Shown: positions 40,538 to 50,860 of the stretch, piece by piece
Numbering within the stretch: the first letter of the stretch is position 1
Layout of the letters: every line of letters starts with the position of its first letter
Source of the DNA: an uncultured cyanobacterium
GTDB lineage: Bacteria > Cyanobacteriota > Cyanobacteriia > Cyanobacteriales > Nostocaceae
Assembly (NCBI GenBank): GCA_963740315.1
Contig: CAVUDP010000002.1
Location: 3,808,001 to 3,872,000 of the forward strand
DNA: 64,000 nucleotides
Direction of reading: 5' to 3'
Made by a program: the position numbers and the translations under genes
The notes under the pieces: generated by a model
What the model was told of the DNA's origin: nothing
Seen by the model: only the letters and a program-made list of their open reading frames with translations
The model's database searches: none

Positions 40538-40813
40538 CTATCTCCGGACTCTAACTAATTTACATTCCCGAACAGTTCTAACACGTCCTCTTACTCGAAC
40601 ACGTTTGTTAACGCAAACCTCTTTGAAATCATTTTTATTAACTCTTCGCTTCTTTTGACCTCTTAAATTAACATTTACATCAACTACATCAACAACCTTA
40701 TTTCTTCCATAACCGTTGTCAGAAGAATGGTAGGGACTCGCTGATACAGGCAATGCAGTAGTTGCCAACGATACCATTATTAATATTCCCGTTGAAACTT
40801 TATCCCAGTTCAT
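40538..40813 (-). CDS. Small secreted Arg/Val-rich protein with two Cys
   Basis: RBS GAGG; signal peptide ending PVSA; C-terminal CVNKRVRVRGRVRTVREC. Confidence 0.7.
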   Translation of the reverse strand: MNWDKVSTGILIMVSLATTALPVSASPYHSSDNGYGRNKVVDVVDVNVNLRGQKKRRVNKNDFKEVCVNKRVRVRGRVRTVRECKLVRVRR

Positions 40814-41148
40814 AATTAACCCTCTTAAAACGAGTGGATAACTGAATACTAGAAAATATTTGCGTTTATAACCAGTATCTTTTCTCCTAAAAAGAAGTAT
40901 CTTTTATTCATATATGATTCAGTACTTTTATCACTTGAAAAAATTGCAATTTTAAAGTAACCAATATCCCCATTCAGGGTGACATAACGACCCTGAGAAA
41001 AATTAAAAAATTTTAATCGAAAAATAGGGGTAGTTGTAATTTTAGGGTGGCTAAATGATAAATGTCAGGCAATAAAGTTCAGTTTAAAAAAATAGTTATC
41101 ACATAACTAACTGAACTTGATTGAAATATAAACATTCGGAGATATATT

Positions 41149-41667
41149 ATGAAACTCAATCAAGTATTAGCAATAACAGCAATTCCTGCGTTATTTGGAA
41201 CATTGGTTTTTACTTCAATCAATAAAACCGACGCAGCAGACACAACTCAAATTATGGCTCAAAACCAACCTACACAAGGAAAAGGCAGACGACGCGGACC
41301 AGATTTTGCAGCAGCAGCTACTAAATTAGGAATAACCGAGCAACAATTAAAAGATGCTTTGGGACGACCACCACAACCAGATTTTGCAGCAGTAGCGAGC
41401 AAGTTAGGAACTAGCGAAGGAGAACTAAAAGAAGCTCTAGGTGTTCCCGAAAATCCTCCCGAAGCTGGGGAAGGACAAAGACCACCCAGACCTGATTTTA
41501 CAGCAGCAGCAGCAAAATTAGGTGTAACCGAACAACAAATCAAAGAAGCCTTTGGACCACGACCCAGACCTGATTTGAATGCAGCAGCAAGCAAGTTAGG
41601 AATTAGCGAAGAACAACTCAAAGAAGCTCTCGGTGTTCCCGAAAATCCTCCCGAACGTCCGGAATAA
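41149..41667 (+). CDS. Secreted repeat protein, 4x PD(F/L)xAxAxKLGxxExxLK(E/D)ALG
   Basis: Signal peptide; four helical repeats with Pro-rich linkers. Confidence 0.75.
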   Translation: MKLNQVLAITAIPALFGTLVFTSINKTDAADTTQIMAQNQPTQGKGRRRGPDFAAAATKLGITEQQLKDALGRPPQPDFAAVASKLGTSEGELKEALGVPENPPEAGEGQRPPRPDFTAAAAKLGVTEQQIKEAFGPRPRPDLNAAASKLGISEEQLKEALGVPENPPERPE

Positions 41668-41977
41668 CTGTTAAAATAGCCCCCCTTAAAAAAGGGGGGT
41701 TGGGGGGATCTTGCAGATGCGAAATACTATTTGATTAGTAATGAAATGGTTTCTTTATCTAGTAAATCTTGTAAAGACGCGATATAAAGCGAAATTCAGT
41801 AATTAAGCGCAACCTCATACAGAATTGGTATAAGATTCCTGTTTATAAAAGAATATTTACAAAAAACTTTTGCTAGAGAAAACAACTTATTCAAATGTAT
41901 ACATCTTCAATATAGCAATTACGAGCTAAAGATAGATAATTTTGAAACCAATCTTTACCTTTAATTAAATTACTATA

Positions 41978-43192
41978 CTATCCGATTAATTCAGCTACTC
42001 GGATTGCAGATGTAATGGCACCTTCATGTAAACCATCTCCTAAGTAAGCCCCTGCATGATAAGTATGGTTTTCCCCATTAGTATCAACTACCTCGTCTCG
42101 GTATCGGAAAGATTCAACAGTATATAATGGCGTATCATGTTCCAAACGCTGAATAATTTTATCTTGATTAATTAAAGATTCGAGATTAAACGCTAGATTA
42201 TATTTAACTTCAGATGAGACACCACACAATTGATTAAGATAAGCATTATATCCCCATCCCTTTGCCGTCTCGAAAAAATCAAACTCCGAGGGTTGTTTAA
42301 TACCGTATCTATCGTACATCGAAGTATCGGCATGAATCAGCGTAACTATTTGATTGTTCTCCCAACTACCAAAGCGTCTGATTTCAGCTTCTGTAGGATC
42401 TAACAATAGCTTTAGTACTCTATCTGGTGGAGTCGCAAACACAACTTTATCAAATCGATAGGTTGCACCATCCGACAGTTCAACTTTTACACCATCTGCA
42501 ATTCTAGAGATATCCGCGACATTGATGTTTAGCAGAATTTCCCCTTTGAAACGCTGTAAAATCTTTTCAATATAGGAATATACTCCACCCTTAATTCTGA
42601 ACCAGTCGATAAAAATGTAATCTCGCAGAGACAAAATCCCTAGTTCCGCTGGAAAATCATCAATTAGTTCAAATTGCATTGAATAACTATACATCGCCAG
42701 CAGTTTTATCCAGGTATTTCTAACACATCGAGTCTTTAAAAAGTAAGATAAAGACCGATTGTAAACTTCAGGTATTCTAGCAAAATGAGTTTTTAACCAA
42801 AAACCAGCCGAACGAGCATATAAACCGTCAAGCTTGAGAAATTCGATTAGTCGATGTGTTCGGGTGAAATTTTTTCGGATAGAAGATGCAGAATGTATAT
42901 GATGACCATTTTTGAAAAACATCGTAGAAGCTAAATCTACTGGTTCTAAATCAACTTCTAATTCTTTCATTAAATTGAGAAAGTTGTAGAAATTACCGGG
43001 AAATTCCAGTACTCCACCTTCTAAAAATTCGTCAAATTCACAGCTTTCAGGTTTAACATTTTTATTAAGAGTACGAATATGTCCCGCCAAAATCGGCTGT
43101 TTTTCAAACACTGTGACATGATGACCTTGTTTATCGAGAAGATAAGCCGTGACTAAACCGCTGGCTCCCCCGCCAATAATAGCTATTCTCAT
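41978..43192 (-). CDS. FAD-dependent oxidoreductase (amine oxidase-like)
   Basis: IAIIGGGASG..FEK...AGH; GAYLGDGLHEGA. Confidence 0.8.
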   Translation of the reverse strand: MRIAIIGGGASGLVTAYLLDKQGHHVTVFEKQPILAGHIRTLNKNVKPESCEFDEFLEGGVLEFPGNFYNFLNLMKELEVDLEPVDLASTMFFKNGHHIHSASSIRKNFTRTHRLIEFLKLDGLYARSAGFWLKTHFARIPEVYNRSLSYFLKTRCVRNTWIKLLAMYSYSMQFELIDDFPAELGILSLRDYIFIDWFRIKGGVYSYIEKILQRFKGEILLNINVADISRIADGVKVELSDGATYRFDKVVFATPPDRVLKLLLDPTEAEIRRFGSWENNQIVTLIHADTSMYDRYGIKQPSEFDFFETAKGWGYNAYLNQLCGVSSEVKYNLAFNLESLINQDKIIQRLEHDTPLYTVESFRYRDEVVDTNGENHTYHAGAYLGDGLHEGAITSAIRVAELIG

Positions 43193-43271
43193 TTTTTTAC
43201 TCCCACATATTTGTTGCTTTTTGATAACTGCTCACTGCATGACGCTACCGCGTCACGCTGCGCTAACACTG

Positions 43272-44810
43272 TTAACTGTTTGTTAAAATCTTGTCTCCCG
43301 ACAACCTTTGATATAAAAGCGCTCCCGTCCAAAATGTCGGAGCAAATCCCGGATACCCCGATGAAGCATTACAAAAATAGAAATTATTCAAAGAGGTTTG
43401 ATGATTTAACCGACCAATCCCCATATTTTTAGGTGTAAGACTAGAACCGTAAGAATTACCATGAGGACAATGACAAAACCGTTCGTTGGTTGTAGGACTT
43501 CCCGTAATTTTGAAGACTAAATGTTGTCTAATATTTGGAATGTAGTGCTTCTCAACAACATCTAAAATAGAGTTTAAAATTTCCTCTTTCTTTTGCCGAT
43601 AAGCTTTTTTATCTTGTGTTATCAGTTCTTGAAAATAGCTGTAGTCAGCCACAGTCAAAAATTCGATAATGTGACAGTCTTCTGGACAATCACGCTCTTG
43701 AGTAGTTAATAAGGTAGGTGTAGTGATTGCAAAACTGGGATTGGAGTAATCATGAGCAACGTACATTTGATAAAATGCTTCATTCAAATCTTGATGACCT
43801 GTATGAAAAGTATTCCATTTACCAAATCCATAGTCCCGCAGGTCAATATCTTTGACTACACAGTATGCCATGTAGTTTGAGGCAGAATATTCGTAATTAA
43901 GTTTTTTCCGCACCGTCCGAGAAAACTTTTCATATCCAATCATTTTCGCGGCTTTTTTCGGATCTATATTGCAAATAACAGTATCGGCAGTAAACTTAGA
44001 AGTCTGATGGGTAATTAAATTCATAGCCTCAACACCCGTAACTGTCTTACCCGAAAGCAGAAAATTGACAACTTCAATGTTGCACAGGACTTCACCACCG
44101 TTATTAACAATCACTTTTACTAACCCATTAATTACAGCTTCAAAATGACGGGTAGGATAATAAGCCCCTTCTTGATATCCTGAAAATAAAATCACCCAAG
44201 CGTAAAAAGAAAGTTGATTTGGTGGTAGTAAAAAGTCTTGCCATTGCGAAGCTAAAAGCGTTTGCGCGGCTTGAGGTAGCTTGAATTTATCAAAAACATC
44301 TTGCAGCGTACTATTAAGATACATAACAGTGTTGCTGACTTCACCGAAATATGTAAATAATTCCCCAGGATTCACCGGAGGAGATAGTATTTTTAATCCC
44401 TCTCTAGTTTTTTTTACTTCAAAAACGAACTTACGAATTTGCTCTGCATTTTGAGGAAATAAATCAACAAGTCGTCGAATCAACTCCTGTGAATCGGAAG
44501 GAATATCTAAAGCATAATTTGGCATTCGCATATGGTCAAACCCATTTGGATCATACCTTTCAAAAGTAATATCTTTGTCTAAATTAAGTCTTTTAAGCAC
44601 CCGATTCACAGGTTTACCTTCACCGCAATCCCAAACGTAGTGAAGTTGTGCGTTAAAGCGATATTTTTTAGCCATAGTAAAAGTATGACCAAATCCACCG
44701 GGGTATTCATGGGCTTCCAAAACCTGCACCCGCTTTCGGGAGTTTGCCATCAGTGAACCAAATACTAAGCCGGATAAACCGCTTCCTAAAATTAGGTAAT
44801 CAGTTTTCAT
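43272..44810 (-). CDS. Phytoene desaturase-family FAD oxidoreductase
   Basis: LILGSGLSG..LEAH..PGG; SPTTNERF..GNSYG; N.YFC. Confidence 0.8.
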   Translation of the reverse strand: MKTDYLILGSGLSGLVFGSLMANSRKRVQVLEAHEYPGGFGHTFTMAKKYRFNAQLHYVWDCGEGKPVNRVLKRLNLDKDITFERYDPNGFDHMRMPNYALDIPSDSQELIRRLVDLFPQNAEQIRKFVFEVKKTREGLKILSPPVNPGELFTYFGEVSNTVMYLNSTLQDVFDKFKLPQAAQTLLASQWQDFLLPPNQLSFYAWVILFSGYQEGAYYPTRHFEAVINGLVKVIVNNGGEVLCNIEVVNFLLSGKTVTGVEAMNLITHQTSKFTADTVICNIDPKKAAKMIGYEKFSRTVRKKLNYEYSASNYMAYCVVKDIDLRDYGFGKWNTFHTGHQDLNEAFYQMYVAHDYSNPSFAITTPTLLTTQERDCPEDCHIIEFLTVADYSYFQELITQDKKAYRQKKEEILNSILDVVEKHYIPNIRQHLVFKITGSPTTNERFCHCPHGNSYGSSLTPKNMGIGRLNHQTSLNNFYFCNASSGYPGFAPTFWTGALLYQRLSGDKILTNS

Positions 44811-44861
44811 AACCAGTTTTATTAAATAACTATATTCATGCTCTAGTCGAGCATAAAATTT

Positions 44862-44893
44862 AATTTAGGAAATAAATTTGAGAAAGTTGTGAG
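44862..44893 (-). promoter_or_regulatory. CTCA box + -10 TAAATT
   Basis: Minus strand CTCACAACTTTCTCA AATTTATTTCC TAAATT. Confidence 0.8.
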
Positions 44894-44999
44894 GAAGTTA
44901 TTGATACAGTAGGATAATCCCGCTTCAAAAATAAATAAAATATTAAATATCAGCAATAATTATCAAAAAACGGTTTTTAATGCCAGGAGCAAAGAAATA

Positions 45000-45031
45000 C
45001 TCACAATTTCCTCAATTTTAGGCTTTATGAT
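45000..45031 (+). promoter_or_regulatory. CTCA box + -10 TATGAT (orphan, antisense to alkB)
   Basis: CTCACAATTTCCTCA ATTTTAGGCTT TATGAT. Confidence 0.72.
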
Positions 45032-45139
45032 GAAAGGAAAGCTATAGAATTAGCAAACAAAATAGTTTACACAAGTCAATTTTAGATTGTTCATGTAAAT
45101 ATTATATTGTCTGTAGTACAATTATACTTGCAATAGTTT

Positions 45140-45814
45140 TTATGACAATATAAATCTAAAAGTCAAATTTATTCTTTCTTCTAACTGTTTAGAAGTCTTT
45201 GCTATTTGATGATGCCAAAAGTGCTGTGTAGAGCCTTTCATAATCAGAAAGCTACCATTTGTTAAAGAAACTTCAACCTTACCTAAATCTTTTCGATGTT
45301 TGTGTCTAAACTGAAAACGTCTTGTTTCTCCAAAACTTACTGACCCGATAACAGGATTATTTCCTAATTCTTTTTCATCATCACTATGCCAAGAGACATA
45401 ATCTTTTCCACCACGGTAAAGATTTATTAGGACACTATTAAATACTATGTTAGTATTTTCTTCAATTCTATTTTTGATTTTAAGTAATGAAGGTGTCCAA
45501 GGTTCAGGATTCATATTAATTCCTGAATATTTATATGATTTACCTTCATCTCCATACCAAGCTGTTAATCTAGGTAAATTAAATTCTTTACCAAACATTT
45601 TCATCTTGTCTTGTCGCCAACTTAAGCTATTCCGTAGCTTTTTGAACAACTGATTACTTTCTGACTCTTCAAAAAAATCTCGGTAGATAATTACCTCTGC
45701 ATCTGGCATAGGTTTACCATCCGGCATTAGTATATTCTCTGGTTGTTTTGAAAGCTTCACTTCAGGATTGAATAATAAGTTTAAACTTAACTGTTGTCCA
45801 ATTTCATTTGACAT
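45140..45814 (-). CDS. alkB: AlkB-family 2OG-Fe(II) dioxygenase (ALKBH2/3-like)
   Basis: PRLTAWYG, YKYSG, NLYRGGKD..WHSD, HQI, RINLTFR. Confidence 0.9.
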   Translation of the reverse strand: MSNEIGQQLSLNLLFNPEVKLSKQPENILMPDGKPMPDAEVIIYRDFFEESESNQLFKKLRNSLSWRQDKMKMFGKEFNLPRLTAWYGDEGKSYKYSGINMNPEPWTPSLLKIKNRIEENTNIVFNSVLINLYRGGKDYVSWHSDDEKELGNNPVIGSVSFGETRRFQFRHKHRKDLGKVEVSLTNGSFLIMKGSTQHFWHHQIAKTSKQLEERINLTFRFILS

Positions 45815-45840
45815 AATGAATCCTAGTTTTTCAATATCAG

Positions 45841-46647
45841 TTAAATAGCATATGTCAAGAAAATTCTTTGATATCTGTCTATATAGTAATTGTTATCATA
45901 TTTACCTAACTTCATAGACCATACTTTACCTCTAAGATTTGCATCTGTCCTTGATATATCAGATATCTGGAATATTTCAGACATTATAGTATGAAAATCA
46001 TTAATACGGACTTTTCCACCATATCTTTGAGGACTTACACACAAAAAATAGTTAGAACCCCTTTGGGATGTTTTTAGTAAATTGCTTAATTGTCTCAAGT
46101 TTATGTCTTTAATATCAAGTATATTTGAGAAAACGTGAATTTTAATTGTTTGAAGTTGAGACTTTACATCATTAACATTTAATTCGTTAAGTTCTTTGTT
46201 AACTTTCCTTATTTTAAGAGCAGTCCTTTCATGCATGAGAGCAGACTCGACATAGTTTTTTCCTCTATTTAAAGAAACTATAGATGGTTCAATAAGAGTA
46301 ACACCTTCTATATCAAGATTGATGCTTCGTGACATTAGATAGTTGATTAAAACACAGGTATCCGTAGCGGGACCACAACCATAGCTGAAAATTTCTAATG
46401 TCTTTCCTACAAATTTTGATAAATCTAAAGTGTCAAAGGCACTTACTAACTTATAGTAATGTTGCGCTCCATACAGTGCAATATAAGCATCAACTTGTTC
46501 ATTATTATCTAAAATTTTTATTCCATTATCAATATCAGCAAGGGTTTGACGTAAATTTTTATATTGAGAAGTATGCTTTTTCAAACAATCTGTATAGACT
46601 TGCTCAAGATAGTTGAAGGTAGGTTTAAATAAATACTTGCTTTCCAT
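45841..46647 (-). CDS. Putative class I SAM-dependent methyltransferase
   Basis: Motif I-like IFSYGCGPA, VTLIEPS, HVFSNILD. Confidence 0.6.
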   Translation of the reverse strand: MESKYLFKPTFNYLEQVYTDCLKKHTSQYKNLRQTLADIDNGIKILDNNEQVDAYIALYGAQHYYKLVSAFDTLDLSKFVGKTLEIFSYGCGPATDTCVLINYLMSRSINLDIEGVTLIEPSIVSLNRGKNYVESALMHERTALKIRKVNKELNELNVNDVKSQLQTIKIHVFSNILDIKDINLRQLSNLLKTSQRGSNYFLCVSPQRYGGKVRINDFHTIMSEIFQISDISRTDANLRGKVWSMKLGKYDNNYYIDRYQRIFLTYAI

Positions 46648-47003
46648 TATGCCCTGATTTTATTGCATTTATTAACACAACTCCAAGATGCTCTAAATAA
46701 CGCGGAGAAAGGGCAAGAAAGTATTTATTTTATGTAAAATTAAGATGTTTTTTATATATTTATTAGCTTCATGAAACTAAAGTATTTTCACTTAGGTATT
46801 ATTTTTTGATTTTCGTTCATATTTATATGATATTAGAACTAGCATAAATTTATTACTCTAGTCCTTCCGTTTCTGCCTTTAATTTTTTACAGGAAATAAT
46901 TATGATATCGCCACTATGTATATTGATTATCCTATCACCTACTGCTGCAATTCCAGCATCATAAGTAATAGTATTCAGTTATTTATCTAATATTTTGTAT
47001 ACC

Positions 47004-47035
47004 CTCACAAGAATCTCATATTTATTTGCTACTAA
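47004..47035 (+). promoter_or_regulatory. CTCA box + -10-like TACTAA
   Basis: CTCACAAGAATCTCA TATTTATTTGC TACTAA. Confidence 0.7.
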
Positions 47036-47101
47036 GAACAAAGTTGCATTTATAGCTTTTGAATTGACATTTAATAAATAAAAAAAATAGCCTTAATACC
47101 A

Positions 47102-49981
47102 ATGAAAAAAAATATTTTAGACCCCCATTTACTCTATGAGGATTGGATTCTCACCGAAAATTATTTCGACCCCGAACAATTCAACTATAAAGAAACTGTA
47201 TTTACCATTGGTAACGGTTATCTGGGTACGCGAGGAAGTTTTGCAGAAGGTTATCCCGGTGCAGTCGCTGCTACTTTGATTAATGGTGTTTATGATGATG
47301 TGCCAATTTACTATACCGAACTTGTTAACTGCCCCGATTGGCTGCCCTTATATATTATTATCGATGACGAAGAATTTCGTTTAGATAAAGGAGAATTGTT
47401 TAATTACCAGCGTCAGCTAGACTTGAAACGAGGTATTTTAAGTCGTAAAATAGGTTGGCGCAGTCCGAATGGTAAAACAATCGACCTTCATTTTGAACGC
47501 TTTGCAAGTCTTGCAGACCAAAATGTTTTGGGTTTACGCATTCAACTAACACCAATTGATTTTGATGGCACGATTCGGATTCGCGGGAGTATTGACGGTA
47601 ATCCAGAAGATAATGATGGATTCAATCCCTGGTTAATTCTCGACCAAAATTATAGTGAAGCTAGTTCTTGTTTGCTAGTTCGGACTAGAACTTCTCGCAT
47701 TGAATTGGGAATGGCATTTAAATTAGTAATATCTGGAACGAAACCCAGATTTAGAGATATAAGCGTTCCCGGTTTTCCCACAGTGGAATCAAGGTTTGAT
47801 GTTGTTCGAGGAGTTACCGTTACTGTAGAAAAATTAGTTACGGTTTTTACTTCACGAGACATCGAACATCCAATTCAAGCTGCTTGCGATAAGTTGCAGA
47901 AACTACCAAGCTATGAAGAATTACGAAACCATCACGAACAAGCTTGGGAAAAAATATGGTATTACAGCGATATTGTTATAGAAGGAAGCGCTCAGGCTCA
48001 ACTAGTTTTACGGTACAATCTTTTCCAACTATTAATTAGCGCTCCCCGTCATGACGATAGAGTTAGCATTCCTGCCAAAACTTTATCTGGCTTCGGATAT
48101 CGCGGTCATATTTTTTGGGATACTGAATTTTTTATACTGCCCTTTTTCCTGTTTACTCAACCAGATATTGCACGTAATTTACTCAGCTACCGCTACCATA
48201 CTTTGGAAGGAGCGCGACGCAAAGCAAAATATAACGGCTACCGTGGTGCAATGTATGCTTGGGAAAGCGCTGCGACTGGTGACGAAGTAACTCCAAGATG
48301 GGCACCAGCAAAGCATTTATATGAAGAAGATATTCGCATTTGGTGTCGCGATCGCGAAATACACATTAGTTCTGATATTAGTATTGCAGCTTGGTTATAT
48401 TGGCAGGTTACGAACGATGACGAATGGATGCGCGATTGTGGTGCAGAGATTATTCTCGATACAGCTTTGTTTTGGAGTAGCAGGGTTTATCTCGACGTGA
48501 AGCGCGAATGTTATTCCATTCTTGATGTGATTGGACCGGATGAGTATCACGAAAATATAGATAATAATGCTTTTACCAATCGAATGGTGCAATGGCATTT
48601 GCAAATAGCTCTTGATGTATACGATTGGCTAAGGACAAAATTCCCCGACAAAGCGACAGAATTAGAGGAAAAGCTGCAATTAACTGAAAAAAGACGTTGC
48701 CGTTGGCGAGATATTGCCGAAAATCTCTTGATTCCTTATAATTCAAAAACTGGACTTATCGAACAGTTCGAGGGTTTTTTTAAATTAGAAGATGTCAACC
48801 TTGCCGATTACGAACCCCGTACCGATTCCATGTTAACGATTTTGGGAATCAAGGAAATTAACAAGCGGCAGATTCTCAAGCAGCCAGACGTATTGATGCT
48901 ACTTTACTTAATGGAGAGAACCGCCGTAACAGATTATGGTAAAGAAGTTCTTCTGAAAAACTGGGATTATTACGCACCCCGTACCGATATTACCTATGGT
49001 TCTTCTTTAGGTCCGGCTATTCACGGACTTGTAGCAGCTTCTTTAGGTAAGACGGGTGAAGCTTACGAAAATTTTCGATTGGCTGCATTAGTTGATTTAG
49101 AAAATACGCGAGGTAACGCTGCCGAAGGAATTCATGCTGCATCCTGCGGTAGTATTTGGCAAGCTGTAATTTTTGGTGTAGCCGGTATCCAGTTTACAAA
49201 AAATGGGCCTGTAGCCAAACCTAATTTACCACCTACTTGGAAACGTTTACAATTTAAGCTTTACTGGCGCGGTGATTGGCATTCCTTTGACTTAAAGCCT
49301 AAAGTTAGCAGCGTGAAATCGGAAATCAAAGGCTTTATTTTTGATTTAGATGGAGTGCTTACGGATACAGCAGAATTACATTATCAAGCTTGGCAAAAAC
49401 TAGCAGACGAAGTTGGTATTCCCTTCAACCGCAAAGCGAATGAAGCATTACGAGGAATTTCTCGTCGAGATTCATTAATAAAAATAATTGGGGATAGAAA
49501 ATATTCAGAGTCACAAATCCAAGAGATGATGGAGCGCAAGAACCGTTATTATGTAGAATTTATTCAACAAATAACACCCCAGGATTTATTACCGGGGGCT
49601 AGTGATTTAATAGAGGAATTGCGCTCCAAAGGAATTAAAATTGCAATTGGTTCGGGAAGTAAAAATGCTCGTACTGTAATTGAAAGACTTGGGATTGCAG
49701 ACAAGCTGGATGCAATTGCTGATGGTAACAGCGTCAAACGTTCTAAACCTGCACCAGACTTATTTTTATATGCAGCTAGTCAGTTGGGATTGGAACCAGC
49801 CGATTGTGTTGTGGTAGAAGACGCAGCATCCGGAGTTGAAGCAGCCCTTGCTGGAGGAATGAGAACTATAGGAATTGGTTCAGATCAAAGAGTTGGTGCT
49901 GCTCACATTATTTTGCCGAATTTAAAGGGTGTTACCTTCAAAGATATTCAGCACAAGTTTAGTTTTTGTTTGTCGGATTAA
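47102..49981 (+). CDS. pgmB: GH65 glycoside phosphorylase fused to beta-phosphoglucomutase
   Basis: GNGYLGTRG, YRGHIFWDTE, GPDEYHE, KQPD; C-terminal HAD FDLDGVLTDT, KPAPD, VEDA. Confidence 0.92.
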   Translation: MKKNILDPHLLYEDWILTENYFDPEQFNYKETVFTIGNGYLGTRGSFAEGYPGAVAATLINGVYDDVPIYYTELVNCPDWLPLYIIIDDEEFRLDKGELFNYQRQLDLKRGILSRKIGWRSPNGKTIDLHFERFASLADQNVLGLRIQLTPIDFDGTIRIRGSIDGNPEDNDGFNPWLILDQNYSEASSCLLVRTRTSRIELGMAFKLVISGTKPRFRDISVPGFPTVESRFDVVRGVTVTVEKLVTVFTSRDIEHPIQAACDKLQKLPSYEELRNHHEQAWEKIWYYSDIVIEGSAQAQLVLRYNLFQLLISAPRHDDRVSIPAKTLSGFGYRGHIFWDTEFFILPFFLFTQPDIARNLLSYRYHTLEGARRKAKYNGYRGAMYAWESAATGDEVTPRWAPAKHLYEEDIRIWCRDREIHISSDISIAAWLYWQVTNDDEWMRDCGAEIILDTALFWSSRVYLDVKRECYSILDVIGPDEYHENIDNNAFTNRMVQWHLQIALDVYDWLRTKFPDKATELEEKLQLTEKRRCRWRDIAENLLIPYNSKTGLIEQFEGFFKLEDVNLADYEPRTDSMLTILGIKEINKRQILKQPDVLMLLYLMERTAVTDYGKEVLLKNWDYYAPRTDITYGSSLGPAIHGLVAASLGKTGEAYENFRLAALVDLENTRGNAAEGIHAASCGSIWQAVIFGVAGIQFTKNGPVAKPNLPPTWKRLQFKLYWRGDWHSFDLKPKVSSVKSEIKGFIFDLDGVLTDTAELHYQAWQKLADEVGIPFNRKANEALRGISRRDSLIKIIGDRKYSESQIQEMMERKNRYYVEFIQQITPQDLLPGASDLIEELRSKGIKIAIGSGSKNARTVIERLGIADKLDAIADGNSVKRSKPAPDLFLYAASQLGLEPADCVVVEDAASGVEAALAGGMRTIGIGSDQRVGAAHIILPNLKGVTFKDIQHKFSFCLSD

Positions 49982-50044
49982 TTAATCAATAATTGGGGTG
50001 TTGTTTAAAGACGGTTATCTAAACAAATATACTTTTTAATATCC

Positions 50045-50076
50045 CTCACAGCTTCCTCACAATTTATCTTTATTCT
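50045..50076 (+). promoter_or_regulatory. CTCA box + -10 TATTCT
   Basis: CTCACAGCTTCCTCA CAATTTATCTT TATTCT. Confidence 0.78.
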
Positions 50077-50208
50077 TAATATTGAAGGTTAATCAAGGCT
50101 TCTATGCTCAATTAATAAATTACATTGCTTGTTTTAATTACCATTCACCAGCAGAGATTTTATGAAAAAAAATGACTATTATACTAAACAATTCATAAGG
50201 AGTATAGT

Positions 50209-50502
50209 ATGAAAACACAAGCTAAATATACACTTGCAGACCTATATAAAATCAAACAAATTAAAAGCGAGATTCAATATTTGCGAGAACAACTTTCAGA
50301 AATTGACAGCGAAATTGACAGAAGAGAACAAGATAAGACTAATAATGAGGCGAATAAGATAATAATTTATTCCCAAAAGTTGCCATACCAGAATGATGAT
50401 TATAATACCGAAGAGGTAGAAGAAGATAAAGAAAAACTTTGGGGTAACTATATACTCGTTATTCTGCTTATTTTTTATATTATTGTAATGAGTTTTCTAT
50501 AA
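50209..50502 (+). CDS. Small coiled-coil, tail-anchored membrane protein
   Basis: Strong RBS AAGGAG; C-terminal TM. Confidence 0.6.
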   Translation: MKTQAKYTLADLYKIKQIKSEIQYLREQLSEIDSEIDRREQDKTNNEANKIIIYSQKLPYQNDDYNTEEVEEDKEKLWGNYILVILLIFYIIVMSFL

Positions 50503-50537
50503 ACCGTACTGAAATTCCATTCATTTTTCTAATCTGT

Positions 50538-50829
50538 TTAGACTATTTTTGTCATCTTGTTTAGCGTGAATTCCTCAACCGCACCTTCCGTTGCAGCCAT
50601 ATAGTCCTTTAGATGCTGGTTGTTCATATGCGTCTGCCAAAGTTCGCGTGATTCCCAGTTCTCGTAAAATAAGAAATGAGCGGGATTTTGATTATAAGGA
50701 ATGTATTTAGTATTGGAGACAGCCTTTTTTAGCACGGGTAATATCAACGAGCTTTTCAAGTTCCGTTTTTACAAGATTGACTTTATCCGATTTTGCTTTA
50801 ATACTGGCAACGATGGTTAGCTTTGACAT
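50538..50829 (-). pseudogene. Putative quinol/antibiotic-biosynthesis monooxygenase, stop + frameshift
   Basis: MSKLTIVASIKAK..GCLQY* then NPAHFLFYENWESRELWQTHM in another frame. Confidence 0.8.
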
Positions 50830-50860
50830 GATTTTCTCCTTTTTTATGGGTTGTTAAAGA

